A stretch of DNA of 63,013 nucleotides, the filler included, from Octopus bimaculoides (taxonomy: Eukaryota), in NCBI RefSeq assembly GCF_001194135.2. It is 7 parts of 6 records of this genome, joined end to end, with 100 filler letters (N's around TTAATTAATTAA, not from the genome) between each part and the next. Parts side by side here need not be neighbours in the genome. Positions count along the whole stretch, not along the records: positions 47,505 to 58,163 come from NC_068999.1; positions 58,264 to 63,013 come from NC_068990.1; 5 more parts are not named here. The stretch is one strand, 5' to 3'. The notes under the pieces were generated by a model. That model was not told the DNA's origin, searched no databases, and worked only from the letters and a program-made list of their open reading frames with translations. Shown in pieces: positions 50,600 to 63,013 of the stretch; within the stretch, counting starts at the first letter, position 1, and every line of letters starts with the position of its first letter. Both the position numbers and the translations under genes were made by a program.

Positions 50600-51085
50600 G
50601 TTGTTGTTATTATTCGTTTTGTTCCTCGTGTACAAGTATGTGTGGATTCATCCTTAGTTTACTTATTTCATTCAATTTTAGAAAAAACTGAAGCATGTCT
50701 TTGACAGTTCCGGCGCGTTTTGAGCCAATTTTCTGCGTGGCTTTTGGTCCACCCTGTGCGTGTGCGTGAGTGTGTGTATGCGTGCGCGCGTATATTTCCT
50801 CATTTCTATTCAAAGCCATTATCTCTGTTCTAATTCCACAGGCACTGTGGGATGTGAGTGAGACATCGGGGTAGGGGGGGAGTTGTCTGATTTTAACTGA
50901 CTTATCTTGGGATACACACACGCACACACACACACACACACACATGTACATATACACACAATCACACACCCACACATTCACATACACATGCACACACATA
51001 CACACGCGCATAACACACCTTGTCTACATTCTATATTCTTCGTTTTCTTCAACTACCGTCACCACTTCTGCTGCTGCTGCTGCTG

Positions 51086-51136
<51 letters not shown>

Positions 51137-51729
51137 TATCGTATCCTTTCCTCTCCTCTTCGCCCTCCACCCTCTTCCTGTTGAAAGATGACTAAAGGTA
51201 TCGGTTTAAAAATAGCCTCACCCTGTATCCACCCCTTAACCCAGTCACACCCATCGCTGACCCTTTTCTTTATNNNNNNNNNNNNNNNNNNNNNNNNNNN
51301 NNNNNNNNNNNNNNNNNNNNNNNNNNNNNNNNNNNNNNNNNNNNNNNNNNNNNNNNNNNNNNNNNNNNNNNNNNNNNNNNNNNNNNNNNNNNNNNNNNNN
51401 NNNNNNNNNNNNNNNNNNNNNNNNNNNNNNNNNNNNNNNNNNNNNNNNNNNNNNNNNNNNNNNNNNNNNNNNNNNNNNNNNNNNNNNNNNNNNNNNNNNN
51501 NNNNNNNNNNNNNNNNNNNNNNNNNNNNNNNNNNNNNNNNNNNNNNNNNNNNNNNNNNNNNNNNNNNNNNNNNNNNNNNNNNNNNNNNNNNNNNNNNNNN
51601 NNNNNNNNNNNNNNNNNNNNNNACAACAACAATAGCAACAGCAATAAAGGCCTCAAATTTGGGGGAAGGGATTAAGTCGATTACATCGATCTCAGTGCGT
51701 AACTGGTACTTATTTAATTAATAATAATG

Positions 51730-51781
<52 letters not shown>

Positions 51782-51782
<1 letters not shown>

Positions 51783-51975
51783 CCTTTCTACTAGAAGCAA
51801 AAGGTCTCAAATTTTGGGGAAGGGATTAAGTCGATTAGATCGACTCCAGTGCGTAACTGGCACTTATTTAATCGACCCCAAAAGGGTGAAAGGCAAAGTC
51901 GACCTCGGCGGAATTTGAACTCAGAACTCAGAAATACTGCTAAGCATTTCGCCCGGCGTGCTAACGATTCTGCCT
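51782..51975 (-). mobile_element. tRNA-derived SINE, family A
   Basis: aaaggcaaagtcgacctcggcggaatttgaactcagaac...gctaagcatttcgcccggcgtgctaacgattctgcc. Confidence 0.9.
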
Positions 51976-52477
51976 TCATAAGTAATTGTCATTAAACACC
52001 AGGTTAGTCTTGGTTGCAGTCATTAGGCTGCGGCTATGCTGGAGCACCACCTTGAAGAATTTTAGACGAATTAATCGATTGCAGTTCTTACTTTATTAAA
52101 GCCTGATACTTATTTTATCGTTAATTTTTGTCGAACCGCTAGTTCACGGCGAAGTGAATACACCAAGGGTTGCGGGGTGGACAGACATAAGCACAAGGAT
52201 ACACACACATTGATATAGTTGCTATTTCGAGCAATTTAAGCAGCCATGCAGAGACCGGGTGGTTGGTTCCGTCGTGTTCTGCCGTCGGCCGGTTGGATAA
52301 TCACCTTCGCCCACCCACGGGTACACACACCAATATTATATTGACATTTATATCAGATTGTTCTACATTTCAGCTGCTGCACGTGACGGCTGATGACCTT
52401 GGGGGTCAAGGTCGAGGCCAACAACAAAAACAACAACAACAGTGCCATTCTGCGTCATTCCTTTCTCTCTGTCGCAC

Positions 52478-52526
<49 letters not shown>

Positions 52527-52690
52527 CCACTTTTATGATCTACATACTCTCACCGCATCAGCCTCACTTCCTGTTGCTTCTTACCCATAACAGACGCTCT
52601 TTTTGCCGCGCTTCTTCTTACATGTCTGTCTGTCTCGGTCTGTTGCTCTCTTTCTCTCTTTCTCCCTCCATCTCCCCCTTTCATTGTCTT

Positions 52691-52755
<65 letters not shown>

Positions 52756-52784
52756 CTATCTATATATCTATCTTTCTACCTCCG

Positions 52785-52900
52785 GGAATTTCGGGAAAGG
52801 ATGTAAATCGATTTGATCGACCCCCAGTGCTCAACTGGTACTTGTTTTATCGACTCTGAAAGGATGAAAGACAAAGTCAGCTCCGACGAAATTTGAACCT
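52785..52900 (-). mobile_element. Family A SINE fragment
   Basis: tcgacccccagtgctcaactggtacttgttttatcgactctgaaaggatgaaag. Confidence 0.75.
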
Positions 52901-54109
52901 TGATGTGGCTGCACAACCTGCTAGAAATAGTAGCTNNNNNNNNNNNNNNNNNNNNNNNNNNNNNNNNNNNNNNNNNNNNNNNNNNNNNNNNNNNNNNNNN
53001 NNNNNNNNNNNNNNNNNNNNNNNNNNNNNNNNNNNNNNNNNNNNNNNNNNNNNNNNNNNNNNNNNNNNNNNNNNNNNNNNNNNNNNNNNNNNNNNNNNNN
53101 NNNNNNNNNNNNNNNNNNNNNNNNNNNNNNNNNNNNNNNNNNNNNNNNNNNNNNNNNNNNNNNNNNNNNNNNNNNNNNNNNNNNNNNNNNNNNNNNNNNN
53201 NNNNNNNNNNNNNNNNNNNNNNNNNNNNNNNNNNNNNNNNNNNNNNNNNNNNNNNNNNNNNNNNNNNNNNNNNNNNNNNNNNNNNNNNNNNNNNNNNNNN
53301 NNNNNNNNNNNNNNNNNNNNNNNNNNNNNNNNNNNNNNNNNNNNNNNNNNNNNNNNNNNNNNNNNNNNNNNNNNNNNNNNNNNNNNNNNNNNNNNNNNNN
53401 NNNNNNNNNNNNNNNNNNNNNNNNNNNNNNNNNNNNNNNNNNNNNNNNNNNNNNNNNNNNNNNNNNNNNNNNNNNNNNNNNNNNNNNNNNNNNNNNNNNN
53501 NNNNNNNNNNNNNNNNNNNNNNNNNNNNNNNNNNNNNNNNNNNNNNNNNNNNNNNNNNNNNNNNNNNNNNNNNNNNNNNNNNNNNNNNNNNNNNNNNNNN
53601 NNNNNNNNNNNNNNNNNNNNNNNNNNNNNNNNNNNNNNNNNNNNNNNNNNNNNNNNNNNNNNNNNNNNNNNNNNNNNNNNNNNNNNNNNNNNNNNNNNNN
53701 NNNNNNNNNNNNNNNNNNNNNNNNNNNNNNNNNTATTACCATCATCGCAACCAACACCGCCACCACCACCACCACAATCACCACCTCCAATATCTCCACC
53801 ACCAACCTCTCCCACCACCACCACCACCAACAGCAACAACACCACCACCGCCACCGCCACCGCCACAGACCTTTCGCCATCTCTTTATTTTCTCTTTCAT
53901 CTCCATCTATTTCACAAAATGTCACAATAATTGTAAACATGGCACTCATCTTGTTGTTATAGTTGTTGTTGTTGTTTAACCCATGGTCAGGCTTGATATA
54001 GGCAAGCCTTTCAGCAACGCCATTCCTGAAGCGACTATCCTATCCGATTAGATATATAACTCTGCGTTTGTCCAATATGGCCTTATTTTTGTTTTCTAGG
54101 GAGTTGTGT

Positions 54110-54390
54110 ATAATTTGAAAGATATGCGGTCGCTCGACTTGCTAGAAAGAGCGACCGCGTAGAGCTTCCCGCGCTGTCTTTGTTTGCGCGCGCGCGTGTA
54201 AGTGTGTCTGCACCTGTAATACAAAGGGGACCAGCCTTGTCACATTCTGTATGACACTGAATCTCCCTGAGAACTATGTTAAGGGTACGTGTGTCTGTGG
54301 AGTGCTCAGCCACTTACATGAAATTTTCAGGAGCAAGCTGTTCCGTTGATTGGATCAACTGGAACCCTCGTCTTCGCAACCGACGGAGGA
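54110..54390 (+). mobile_element. Family E SINE body
   Basis: gaccagccttgtcacattctgt...gagaactatgttaagggtacgtgtg...ttccgttgattggatcaactggaaccctcgtc. Confidence 0.65.
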
Positions 54391-55269
54391 CCAGTTTATG
54401 TAATGTATGTCTAAATGTACTCTTTGACCATATTCCTCATCAGTATCTACCCTCCCCTCAATCTTCATCCAAATTATACTCCAACATACAAAAGCCTCTA
54501 CTCCTATTATCATTGACAACTTCACTCTCCAGAGAAAGTTATGTCTTCGTTAATCGTTCATAGGTAAACAACCCGAACTGACAACTTTATCATTTCAATC
54601 TAAAATCAATTCGATTTCCTGTCATACCGTTTTGTATCAGTTTACGTAGAGGGCGCTCTATTTCTCGCTGGATAGCTTCCATCTTGTTGTTTCCATAACG
54701 GCTTCGATAATTACATATTCATTTATTAATTAAGAACAATAAGAGATAATGAGAGAGCAGTGTTTTTGAAAGGAAAATCAGGAGTGGTGCAGAAACTCGT
54801 GGTTTCCTGCAATATTCTACTGGTGTTTATTTTGACGAAACCGAAATTTGAAAAGAATAGCACACATGCACACGCACACACGCATACGCACACACGCACA
54901 CACATACTCGAAGCTCAGCGGTGGAATTTACTCTGAGTAACTAGGTTACTCAAGTTGCAACTCTGAGTTCGTCACTCAAACATTACCGATTACTCGCTAC
55001 ATTCCGTCTTCACAATGGTTTCTAACATAAGAGCTTTCCTGGAGAGCGGGGATTGATGTAGGAAGTCACATCAATCCCAGCGTTTGACTGCTATTTATTT
55101 TATCAACCCAAAGAGGATACAATGCAAACTTGAAATGCAAGCGGGATTTGAACTTGGAATGCAAGATATAACTTAATCATACAAAGATTTCGCTTGAAAG
55201 CCTAACAACTCCGCCATTTTAATTTTGCCCGAGACACTTAACCTGCAGCCATTCATTTCCCTTTTTTTG

Positions 55270-55710
55270 TAATCCTTACTACTAAAGGTACAAGGCCTGA
55301 AATATTGGGGGAAGGGGATTGTCGATTACGTCAACCCCAATGATAGACTGGTACTTTGTTTTTTTGTTTTTTTTTCACCTCGAAAGGATGAAAGTCAAAG
55401 TCGACCTCGGCGGGATTTGAACTCAGAACATAAAATTGGACGAAATACCGCTAAACATTACTTTGCCCGGCGTGCTAACGATTCAGCCAGCTCGCAGCCT
55501 AATTTCGCCTTTTTATAGTAATTTATGTTTCAAATTTTGGATCACGGGAAGGAGTGAAGTTTGGGGCAGGAGTTAAGTCGATTACATCGACTCCAGTGAT
55601 AAAATGGCCTTTATTTTATCGATCTCGAAAACATGAAAGGCACAGAAACGGACGAAATGCCGCTAAGCATTTAGTTCGGCGTGTTAATGATTCTGCCAGT
55701 TCGCCTTTAA
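55270..55710 (-). mobile_element. Two tandem family A SINEs
   Basis: Copies at ~55270-55500 and ~55530-55710, each with the family A core. Confidence 0.8.
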
Positions 55711-56111
55711 GATAATGATGATATTAATAGCGCCGCTTTATTTTCCCTTTTTATAATAATATTAATTTCTTTCATATCCCTCAAATTTAGAGGGAAGGGG
55801 CATCGATGATTATATCTACCACATTGCATGCTTGGTGCTTCATTTTATCGAGCCCTGAAGTATCATAAGCGAAGTTGGCTTAGCTAGGTTTGGCCTCAGA
55901 GCCTAAAATTGCACCACTAAATATCCGTACGGCTTCTAGCACCCGCTGACCCCGACTTAAATAACGATGATAATAACAAGAATATTATTGCAACAAACAT
56001 ATTATGTATTTGAAATATTGCGTTAGAGCCAAAGATTATAATTATTTCCTGTAAATGCATCGGTGAATAATATAAACATGTATATGTGAGAGAGAGAGAG
56101 AGGGGGGGGGA

Positions 56112-56160
<49 letters not shown>

Positions 56161-58079
56161 GGAGGGGTAGCTTGTTTAGGAAATACTTGAGCAAGGAAAA
56201 CAAACAAGATGAAAATGTAAGTATTGTATTTGTGGAAAGATATATTATGTCGGATATCAAAACCGAAATTTACTGAGGAAACCTATCCAATCTATATTAG
56301 CTATTATCATATGCAGTAGAATATTAACAAAGAAAACATATAACATTTCCATAGTATAAACAGAATGATATTAAGCAATTATATTATTTATATGTGATAT
56401 AAAACGGCATACTATATTTAGAAAACATATCATAAATAACAGAATAATTTAACGAATACCTACGTTATATAAAATAGAGTAATTTGAGAAAACCTACGAT
56501 ACATATTATGTAAAATGGAATGTTTTAAGAAAATTGATGTTATACAAAATGGAATATTTTTCAGAAACCATTAATTGGTTGAATGGAATTATTGTTGTTA
56601 TTGTGGATTCTGTTTGTCGTTTACATAATTTCTACGTACAAATCTTGCCAGGAATCCTAGAAATATTATTCTCTTACGCATTAATCTCCAAGAAAGTATT
56701 GGACAAAATATTCCGTTACCGCGTCTGGAGAGGAGGACGCAGAGTCGAGAAGAGAAGAGATGAATGTGTATTGGGGATGCGAGTTCGAAGTTGTTCGTGG
56801 GATGCAGAAAGTATTGCAGAAGCGGGAAATGTTAAAGAAGGATGATACAGCCCACCGATAAGTTGAACTGTCGTAGTGTGTAGGGGGAGTTGAAGAACTT
56901 GCTTATTTTATTCGCTTATCTTTCTTTTAAACTGTTCAAATGTGAGTCCTTATTAGTAAATTATAAACTCCGAGCCTCAGGTCTATAGACATATTGACTC
57001 CTCGCTCCGCTCTGTTCCTTTTACCAGTATCCACATTCACTCCAGGCCACCCGTCTCTCCTCTTCTCCTTACTCATCCTGTTTCTGCTCCTCCACCACCA
57101 CGTCTCACATCCCCTTCTAATTACTATACACAATCCTGCCTCTCCAAGAATTCAGCCCTCCCGAAGTGCCTTCTCTCCTACTCTTTTTCATATAGACATC
57201 GATTTGCTGCCGTTCGAGCGCATCTCTGTCACATTTCGGTTGGACGTTGCGAACAGGGTCTCGCAGAGAAATTTGTCGTCGGGGAATAAAATCACTTTCT
57301 GACCCAGAGATGGTAGGAGAGGATTGCAACATTCAACAGTGTTGAGCTTTTCCTTTTAGGGAGAGACCCTGTAGATAGCCACGGGTCTTTNNNNNNNNNN
57401 NNNNNNNNNNNNNNNNNNNNNNNNNNNNNNNNNNNNNNNNNNNAAACAAAGGCAAGAACATTCGTTAGTCCCTTTAAGATTGCAGGGAGCCAGCAGCCGT
57501 CTGGAATCGGCCATCTTAGAGTTATTCCTTTCAAAGTTCTTCTTTCATTGACTGTGATATTTTGAAGGACGAAAAGTAAAGTATATTCATTTCATTTCAA
57601 TTTCATATAAGAAAATAATGACGTCTGCAACAGAATGAATTAGTAAATGGAATGAAAGTAAGAACGAAAAAAAAAAAAAATTTTTTTGAAGACGATAAAA
57701 ACACGTGATTTGACTGGATTTCGATCTCAAAAACTTCAAAATGGAATAGACATTCCTAAACTAGAAAATATTCTTTATCGATCTGAAGAGAAAATTAGAT
57801 TTCTATAAATGAATAAAGATAAATAAATAGCAAAGTAAATAAATAATTAGATACATAAAAACATAAATATATAGGGGTGGGGGAATAAATATGTTGATGA
57901 GAATACATAGAAAGGAAAAAGAATGTGTAAAATATTTGTAAATGGCAGAACGGATCTTAAGAACCAATTTTATTTGATTCCATTGACATGGAACAGTCGC
58001 AGAGAATATCTGAAGATTAAGAGGTTTATGAGATTTTTCTGGCCTCAGTTCTTTAACTTCAATGTGTATTATAGATATG

Positions 58080-58123
<44 letters not shown>

Positions 58124-58207
58124 GTCTGTGAGAATGTGTATTCCTATATACATATATACACATNNNNNNNNNNNNNNNNNNNNNNNNNNNNNNNNNNNNN
58201 NNNNNNN

Positions 58208-58219
58208 TTAATTAATTAA
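58208..58219. other. Artificial scaffold-join spacer TTAATTAATTAA
   Basis: N44-12mer-N44. Confidence 0.95.
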
Positions 58220-58263
58220 NNNNNNNNNNNNNNNNNNNNNNNNNNNNNNNNNNNNNNNNNNNN

Positions 58264-61250
58264 CTGAACAGCTCAGCAAAGTGCTCATAAAGCGCCTCAC
58301 ACATCTCGTCTCGTCCATCAACTGAACACCCATTGTCATCAACGAGAAACCTAATTGTGGCATCATTTCCACGTTGGATTTCTACCGTTCGGGCCCATCC
58401 GGCAACATTAATTCCCTCACGGCCCAATGCGCGCACTTTAGCCCGAACTCTGCACCCCTCATGTTTGGCTTTGAAGTGATGGTCCAAGGCCGTTCTCGCT
58501 GCCAAAATGTGGGATGCAGAGCCCAATCTCAACGCCTCCTCGAGCTCCTTAACTAGTTGCCCTTCTATTCTGGCCTTATCTAGTTTTAGCTGATGGCTAA
58601 ACCTAATAGACTCAAAACGAATGGCTCCCTTGAGGGCGAACCACCACCGGTTATTAACCACAGCGTTATTAACGCCCCCTGTACTAATTCCTTAATCCGG
58701 CTACGATATGCTTCGCAAGTCAAAATAGACTTGTTCAGCTTCCAGTTGCCGGATCCTCTCTTAACCGTACTATCTATGTCCAATCTACACTTAAACATTC
58801 TATGGTCAGTGTAAGCTACTTCGACAAGCTATGGACAGCTAAAACTAGACTTATCTCTAGTTCTTATCACTATCCTATCTAAGTATGACTTGAACCTTCC
58901 ACCGCCACTAATCCAGGTCCACTCTGGGACGTTCGGATGGTCAAACCTGTATTGATCTGCTAGCTGTAAGAGCTTAAGCAGATCTATGAGACGTGAGTTC
59001 ACTTTCCTACCGGTTCAGCTAACGCTATCGATGCGTGCGTCAACGATAGCGTTATAGTCTCCTAACACCACTTATGTCTTCGACGTCACGAGAAAGTTCT
59101 CTAGGCGCCGATAAAAATCAGTTTGAAATCCTCTAGCACAAGGTGCATAGATCAACCTGAAGGCCTTACTGCTGTATGTCACATCAAGGACGACCAGCAC
59201 ACCTTCTGGGTCTACATAGACTGTACTTGTCTGCAGAGCCAAGCCTTTTCAGACCAGTACTACTACACCCACTCGACCTCCGATCTGACTAGGAGACATG
59301 ATCTTCTCATAGCAATTCAGGAGTGGCGAGAAGGTTTGTAGACTGTCCAGCTTGGTCTCTGTAGCAATCATCATATGCATATCGTGTGATCTGAGGTCGT
59401 TGGGAAAACAAGCTTGTTTCCACTTCGATCTCAGACCACGCACATTCAAACACCCAAGGTTAAGTGCAGCCATTAAATCAAGGGGGAAAAAGCAAGAGTT
59501 CTACTTACCCTTAACTGGTGATGTTGGGGTTGACCTCACAACACGTGAGGCAGCCCCTTCCTCCTCTTCTTTCTTCAAGTAACTGGGCAGGTCCAAGATC
59601 CTCCTAATGGTCTTTGGATGCCTCTCCTTCAGTTGCCTGTATAGGGCTTACCCTATCCAGGCACACCTCTCACTCAAGTCCCTGTGCTGTGGTAACAGCT
59701 TGGTGGTGTGGTGGTTTGTCACAGTTTCCTCCGTATACCTGTCTATGGTATCATGCTCCACCAGGATTTTCCTGTCATTATCGTTCTTTTTTTTATGTTT
59801 TCCTCCTGGGACAGTGGGGCGGAGTCTTTTTTAATTATTATTTGTGGTGTGATGCCTTCTTTTTCTTTTGTGGGGAATATGGATGGGGAAGGTGCTAGAG
59901 CTCGTTTCCGAACTACAGTAAACTCCCTCTCGACCACCTGCATGGTGTCATCCGGGTGAGTTACACATTCTGGTGCCACTTTAGCGGGAGTAGGTGTTTT
60001 TGACGTTGTAGGGACCGGTGTGTGCATGGGTTGGGGTCTTTGAATATTGTGTTTGGGTACGGGCACCGCAATTGGGGAATGGGAGTTTTTGTCACTGTAG
60101 GGGCTAATGTCTGTGCGGGTTTGGGGTAATTTTTTGTAGTTGAGGGGCCTGGTATCTGCGCAACTTTCTTTTTCCACTGTTCACAATCCACACGAATGTG
60201 GCCCTTTTTTCCACATTCGTAGCACATGGGCTTTTTTCTCTCTACTTGTATTTTGAGCACTCTATCTGGAAGCATTTGAATATCTTCCTGAGCCACCTGA
60301 ATAATGGCAGAAATACTCTACCCGAACTAATTTTGGGGAGCAGAGCATGTAATCTGGAGGAAGTTGATTTTATCCGTCCTGTTATACAACAGGGTGGCCA
60401 TCACCTCCCTTGCATCAATTTCAGGTGGTACCTCTGTCACCTTTATGCGAGCAGTACGTCTCCCCATGCAGGTTGGCAGAAGCACCACCTCCTTCGTTTT
60501 CAGGGGGATTACTGAGTACTCTTGGGCCCTTTTCTCTGATTCGAACCTGGCCTCAATTGTGCCATACATCCGGCCCCTTGTTATATATTTCACGTCCTTC
60601 CATATTGGGGCCAGACATTTCTAGATCTTATTTTGTTCAAAATGCTTGAACTTCTTCGTTTCCGGATAGTACGTTTTAAAAACGACTGTCTTCCTTTTCA
60701 ATTCTTCGACGCTGGAGTAGGGTGATATCTTTATATCCCCACCCTCCTCCTTCATTCTTTCAAAAAGTTCAGAGAGTTTTTCCGTTGGTAACACAACGTT
60801 TTCAGCTGCCACCGCGGCAACTGCCGAAATTTCTTCACTAGCTCATCCAGTGGACTTTTTTCGTGAATTATTTCGACCGACATACTCGGCCGAAATTAAT
60901 TCTACACACAAAAATAAATAAATTAGAAATCCCCCAAAAGGAAAACTTATAATAAGTTTTTCCCCCTCTAAATAAGGACAACAGTTCAAATCCCACCCCC
61001 ACTGGGGGACGGGGTGCTACAATAAAGTCTACAACGGCTTTGGCAAGTTCAATTTTTCAACAAACAACAAATAGCAACTGCCAAAATGGCTTCACACAAA
61101 TAATTCCTGTCTCCTGGTACTGGAAAACAGCACAAAAAATGTTCAAAGTCCAACAACTCAACAATGTTCAACAACGGTACACAGTTAATAAATCCAGCAA
61201 AAACAATCAAAGCTCCAACAAAACGTCCAACTCACCGACAAACAAAGAAA
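58264..61250 (-). mobile_element. Tx1-clade (L1 group) LINE, element A: 5' UTR, ORF1 with CCHC knuckle, ORF2 APE domain, truncated at the contig end
   Basis: ORF1 fragments 60812-59743 including CYECGKKGHIRVDC; ORF2 starts at 59473 MAALNLGCLNVRGL..ATET, VLGDYNAIVD, SYTDH, GSGNWKLNKSIL, WWFALKGAIR; stops and frameshifts present. Confidence 0.9.
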
Positions 61251-62740
61251 CAGGTAAGCAAGCTACTTTATTTCTTTTAAATTGCCATAAAGGCATTACA
61301 TAAAGGGGGACACTACAACACATGTGGAGACATATAACAATTAAAATAAAAATATGATGCTATGAATGACACATGAAAATGAACATGAAAAACATTAAAA
61401 TCAAAATATTAAAATGATACGTGAATGATAACTGAGAAATGAGAATATGAAAAGTGTGTTACTCATCCCACACTGAGTAACACCACTCGCCACCTCTGAG
61501 TCCTGAGTCATCTTTAGTCTTTAATCTAATCTTTCCTTTACCGTTTTCCCCATCGCTGAGTGACAACACTCTCTCCTCCATATACATGTAACATTTTTCA
61601 CCGGGTGAGGGGTTCTTGTAAATTTTGTGGTGTCTGTTCTTTCTTCTTTTTTTCCTGTGGGGAGAGGGGGTGGGTGGATTTGGTGTATGTATGGGGATGA
61701 TGGGTCTGAGTGGTCTTGTGTGGGATGGAGTTGGTCTGGGTCCCACATCGCATTGACTGTTCTTCCTCTTCTTTCTCTTTTTCCTTTTATTCTCTGTCAC
61801 TGTCTATTCATCCTCCTTGTTCCTTCCATCTATCTGTACTACTTCCTTTTACTCCTCCGTCTCCAACACCGTTTCTTCTGTCGTTTTCCGCTGTAGAGAG
61901 CAGTGCGCCCTAATGTGGCCCTTTCGGCCACATTTAAAGCAGCGCGGGATTCTGCCCTCCACCCACACTCTTAGAACTATCTCGCCCAACGATAATGTCT
62001 TTGCCAAATTTTCCAATTGTTTTTCCTCAGTCTGAATGATAACTTCAAGCGACTTTTAAATCTTCCTTCTTCCGTTTCTGTGGCCTGGAGGACAGCCACT
62101 TCTTCCTCACTTCCAATGAAGACGGCTGCCGCAACCCAAGCCACATTTATATCAGGCGGGATTCCTTCTACTTTTATCTTGGAAGTTCTTCTTCCAAGAT
62201 ACGTGGGTAGAAGGACCACTTCCTCCGTCTTTACTGTTTTACCTGCCAGCCTCCTTGCCTCTTCCTCTGTTCTAAACTGGACTACCATTATCCCATGTTG
62301 GCATCATCTTGTCATGTATATTACTCCGTTGGATTCCTCCTTTACTGCCTTTTCTATTTTCTCTATTTCTATTTGGTCGACCTTGTTACATTTTATCGAG
62401 TAAACTTTGTATATGACCGTTCTTCTCTTTATACCATCCATGATTCTTTGTGGGACGACAACATCACGTTGCCGCCTACTTTCTGCACCATTTTCCCGTG
62501 CTCCTTCATTCTTGATAGGTCCACTTCTCTTCTCTTCACCTCCGCGGCCTCGGCGAAACTCTTCATTTTCTTCAAACATTCATCCATGCCTTCTACTGCT
62601 CTCACCAGTTCCTCCTCTGAAGAAGACAGCTCAGACCCGCTAAGGTCTGAGTACATCAATTCTACCCTCAAAGCAGCAAAAAAATAACGTCCGACTCGCA
62701 CGCAAACGACAAATCAAATGCACTCTGGGTAACCGGAAGC
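61251..62740 (-). mobile_element. Tx1-derived ORF1-only element B (HAL1-like), 1490 bp
   Basis: ORF1 homologous to element A (KTEEVVLLPTYLGRRTSKIKV vs KTKEVVLLPTCMGRRTARIKV), knuckle CFKCGRKGHIRAHC (~61900-61940), stop at 61459, ~190-bp AT-rich UTR and AATAAA at 61267-61272; no ORF2 sequence. Confidence 0.8.
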
Positions 62741-63013
62741 CAGGTAAGCAAGCTACTTTATTTCATTCAATTTGCCATGAAGGTTGTACACAGAGGAGTA
62801 GCTACAGGCTGGACAAACATTAATGAGGTGAGATGAATGATGAGTAAGACGGTATTAATGGGAGGAGAAGACAGGAGCCGCCCGCCGAACTCTGCTTTTC
62901 TAAATCATTGTTCTTTTATAAATTTATACATAAATTTATAATTTGGGGCTATAAACCTCTTACTTTACAATTTCAATTTATCATGTCTTTGAAATGAGGC
63001 ACTTGCCTCTTAC
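62741..63013 (-). mobile_element. 3' end of a third Tx1-like element C
   Basis: Minus strand ...cctctgtgtacaaccttcatggcaaattgaatgaAATAAA followed by the same junction motif as element B. Confidence 0.55.

Noticed and set aside
62731-62750. CTTACCTGGC as a U1 snRNA gene
   Set aside because: Only 10 nt match; the U1 stem-loops and Sm site are absent.

Overview
Eukaryotic, AT-rich, microsatellite-saturated draft-assembly DNA, roughly a quarter of it N. The repeat families look like octopus (Octopus bimaculoides-type); this is inferred from recalled SINE/LINE families, not from a search. Six 100-bp spacers (N44-TTAATTAATTAA-N44) split the window into seven joined pieces. Almost all ORFs in the supplied track are translated microsatellites or gaps, and no complete host gene can be supported. 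Recognisable content: (1) many tRNA-derived SINEs; (2) decayed LINEs, namely an RTE 3' end (~2.8 kb), a near full-length Dong/R4-type RLE element beside (TAA)n (23.0-26.6 kb), a CR1-type RT fragment (34.8-35.8 kb) and a head-to-tail array of Tx1-like elements at the right end, including an ORF1-only element, joined by an identical 16-nt junction motif; (3) a complete 752-bp mini-Helitron; (4) five minimal type I hammerhead-ribozyme-like motifs on the minus strand. Four of these lie in a ~180-bp element (three tandem copies plus one inserted with a TSD-like duplication into the Dong element) and have a variant CUGUGGA core, resembling a non-LTR retrozyme or Penelope-derived unit; the fifth has a canonical CUGAUGA core at 13.2 kb; (5) isolated candidate exons, the best on the minus strand at 33.2-33.4 kb, reading like an amidated neuropeptide precursor (LNRGRPMF-G-RR). 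No CRISPR, rRNA or intact tRNA genes were seen. All coordinates were read by eye; repeat boundaries may be off by some bases.
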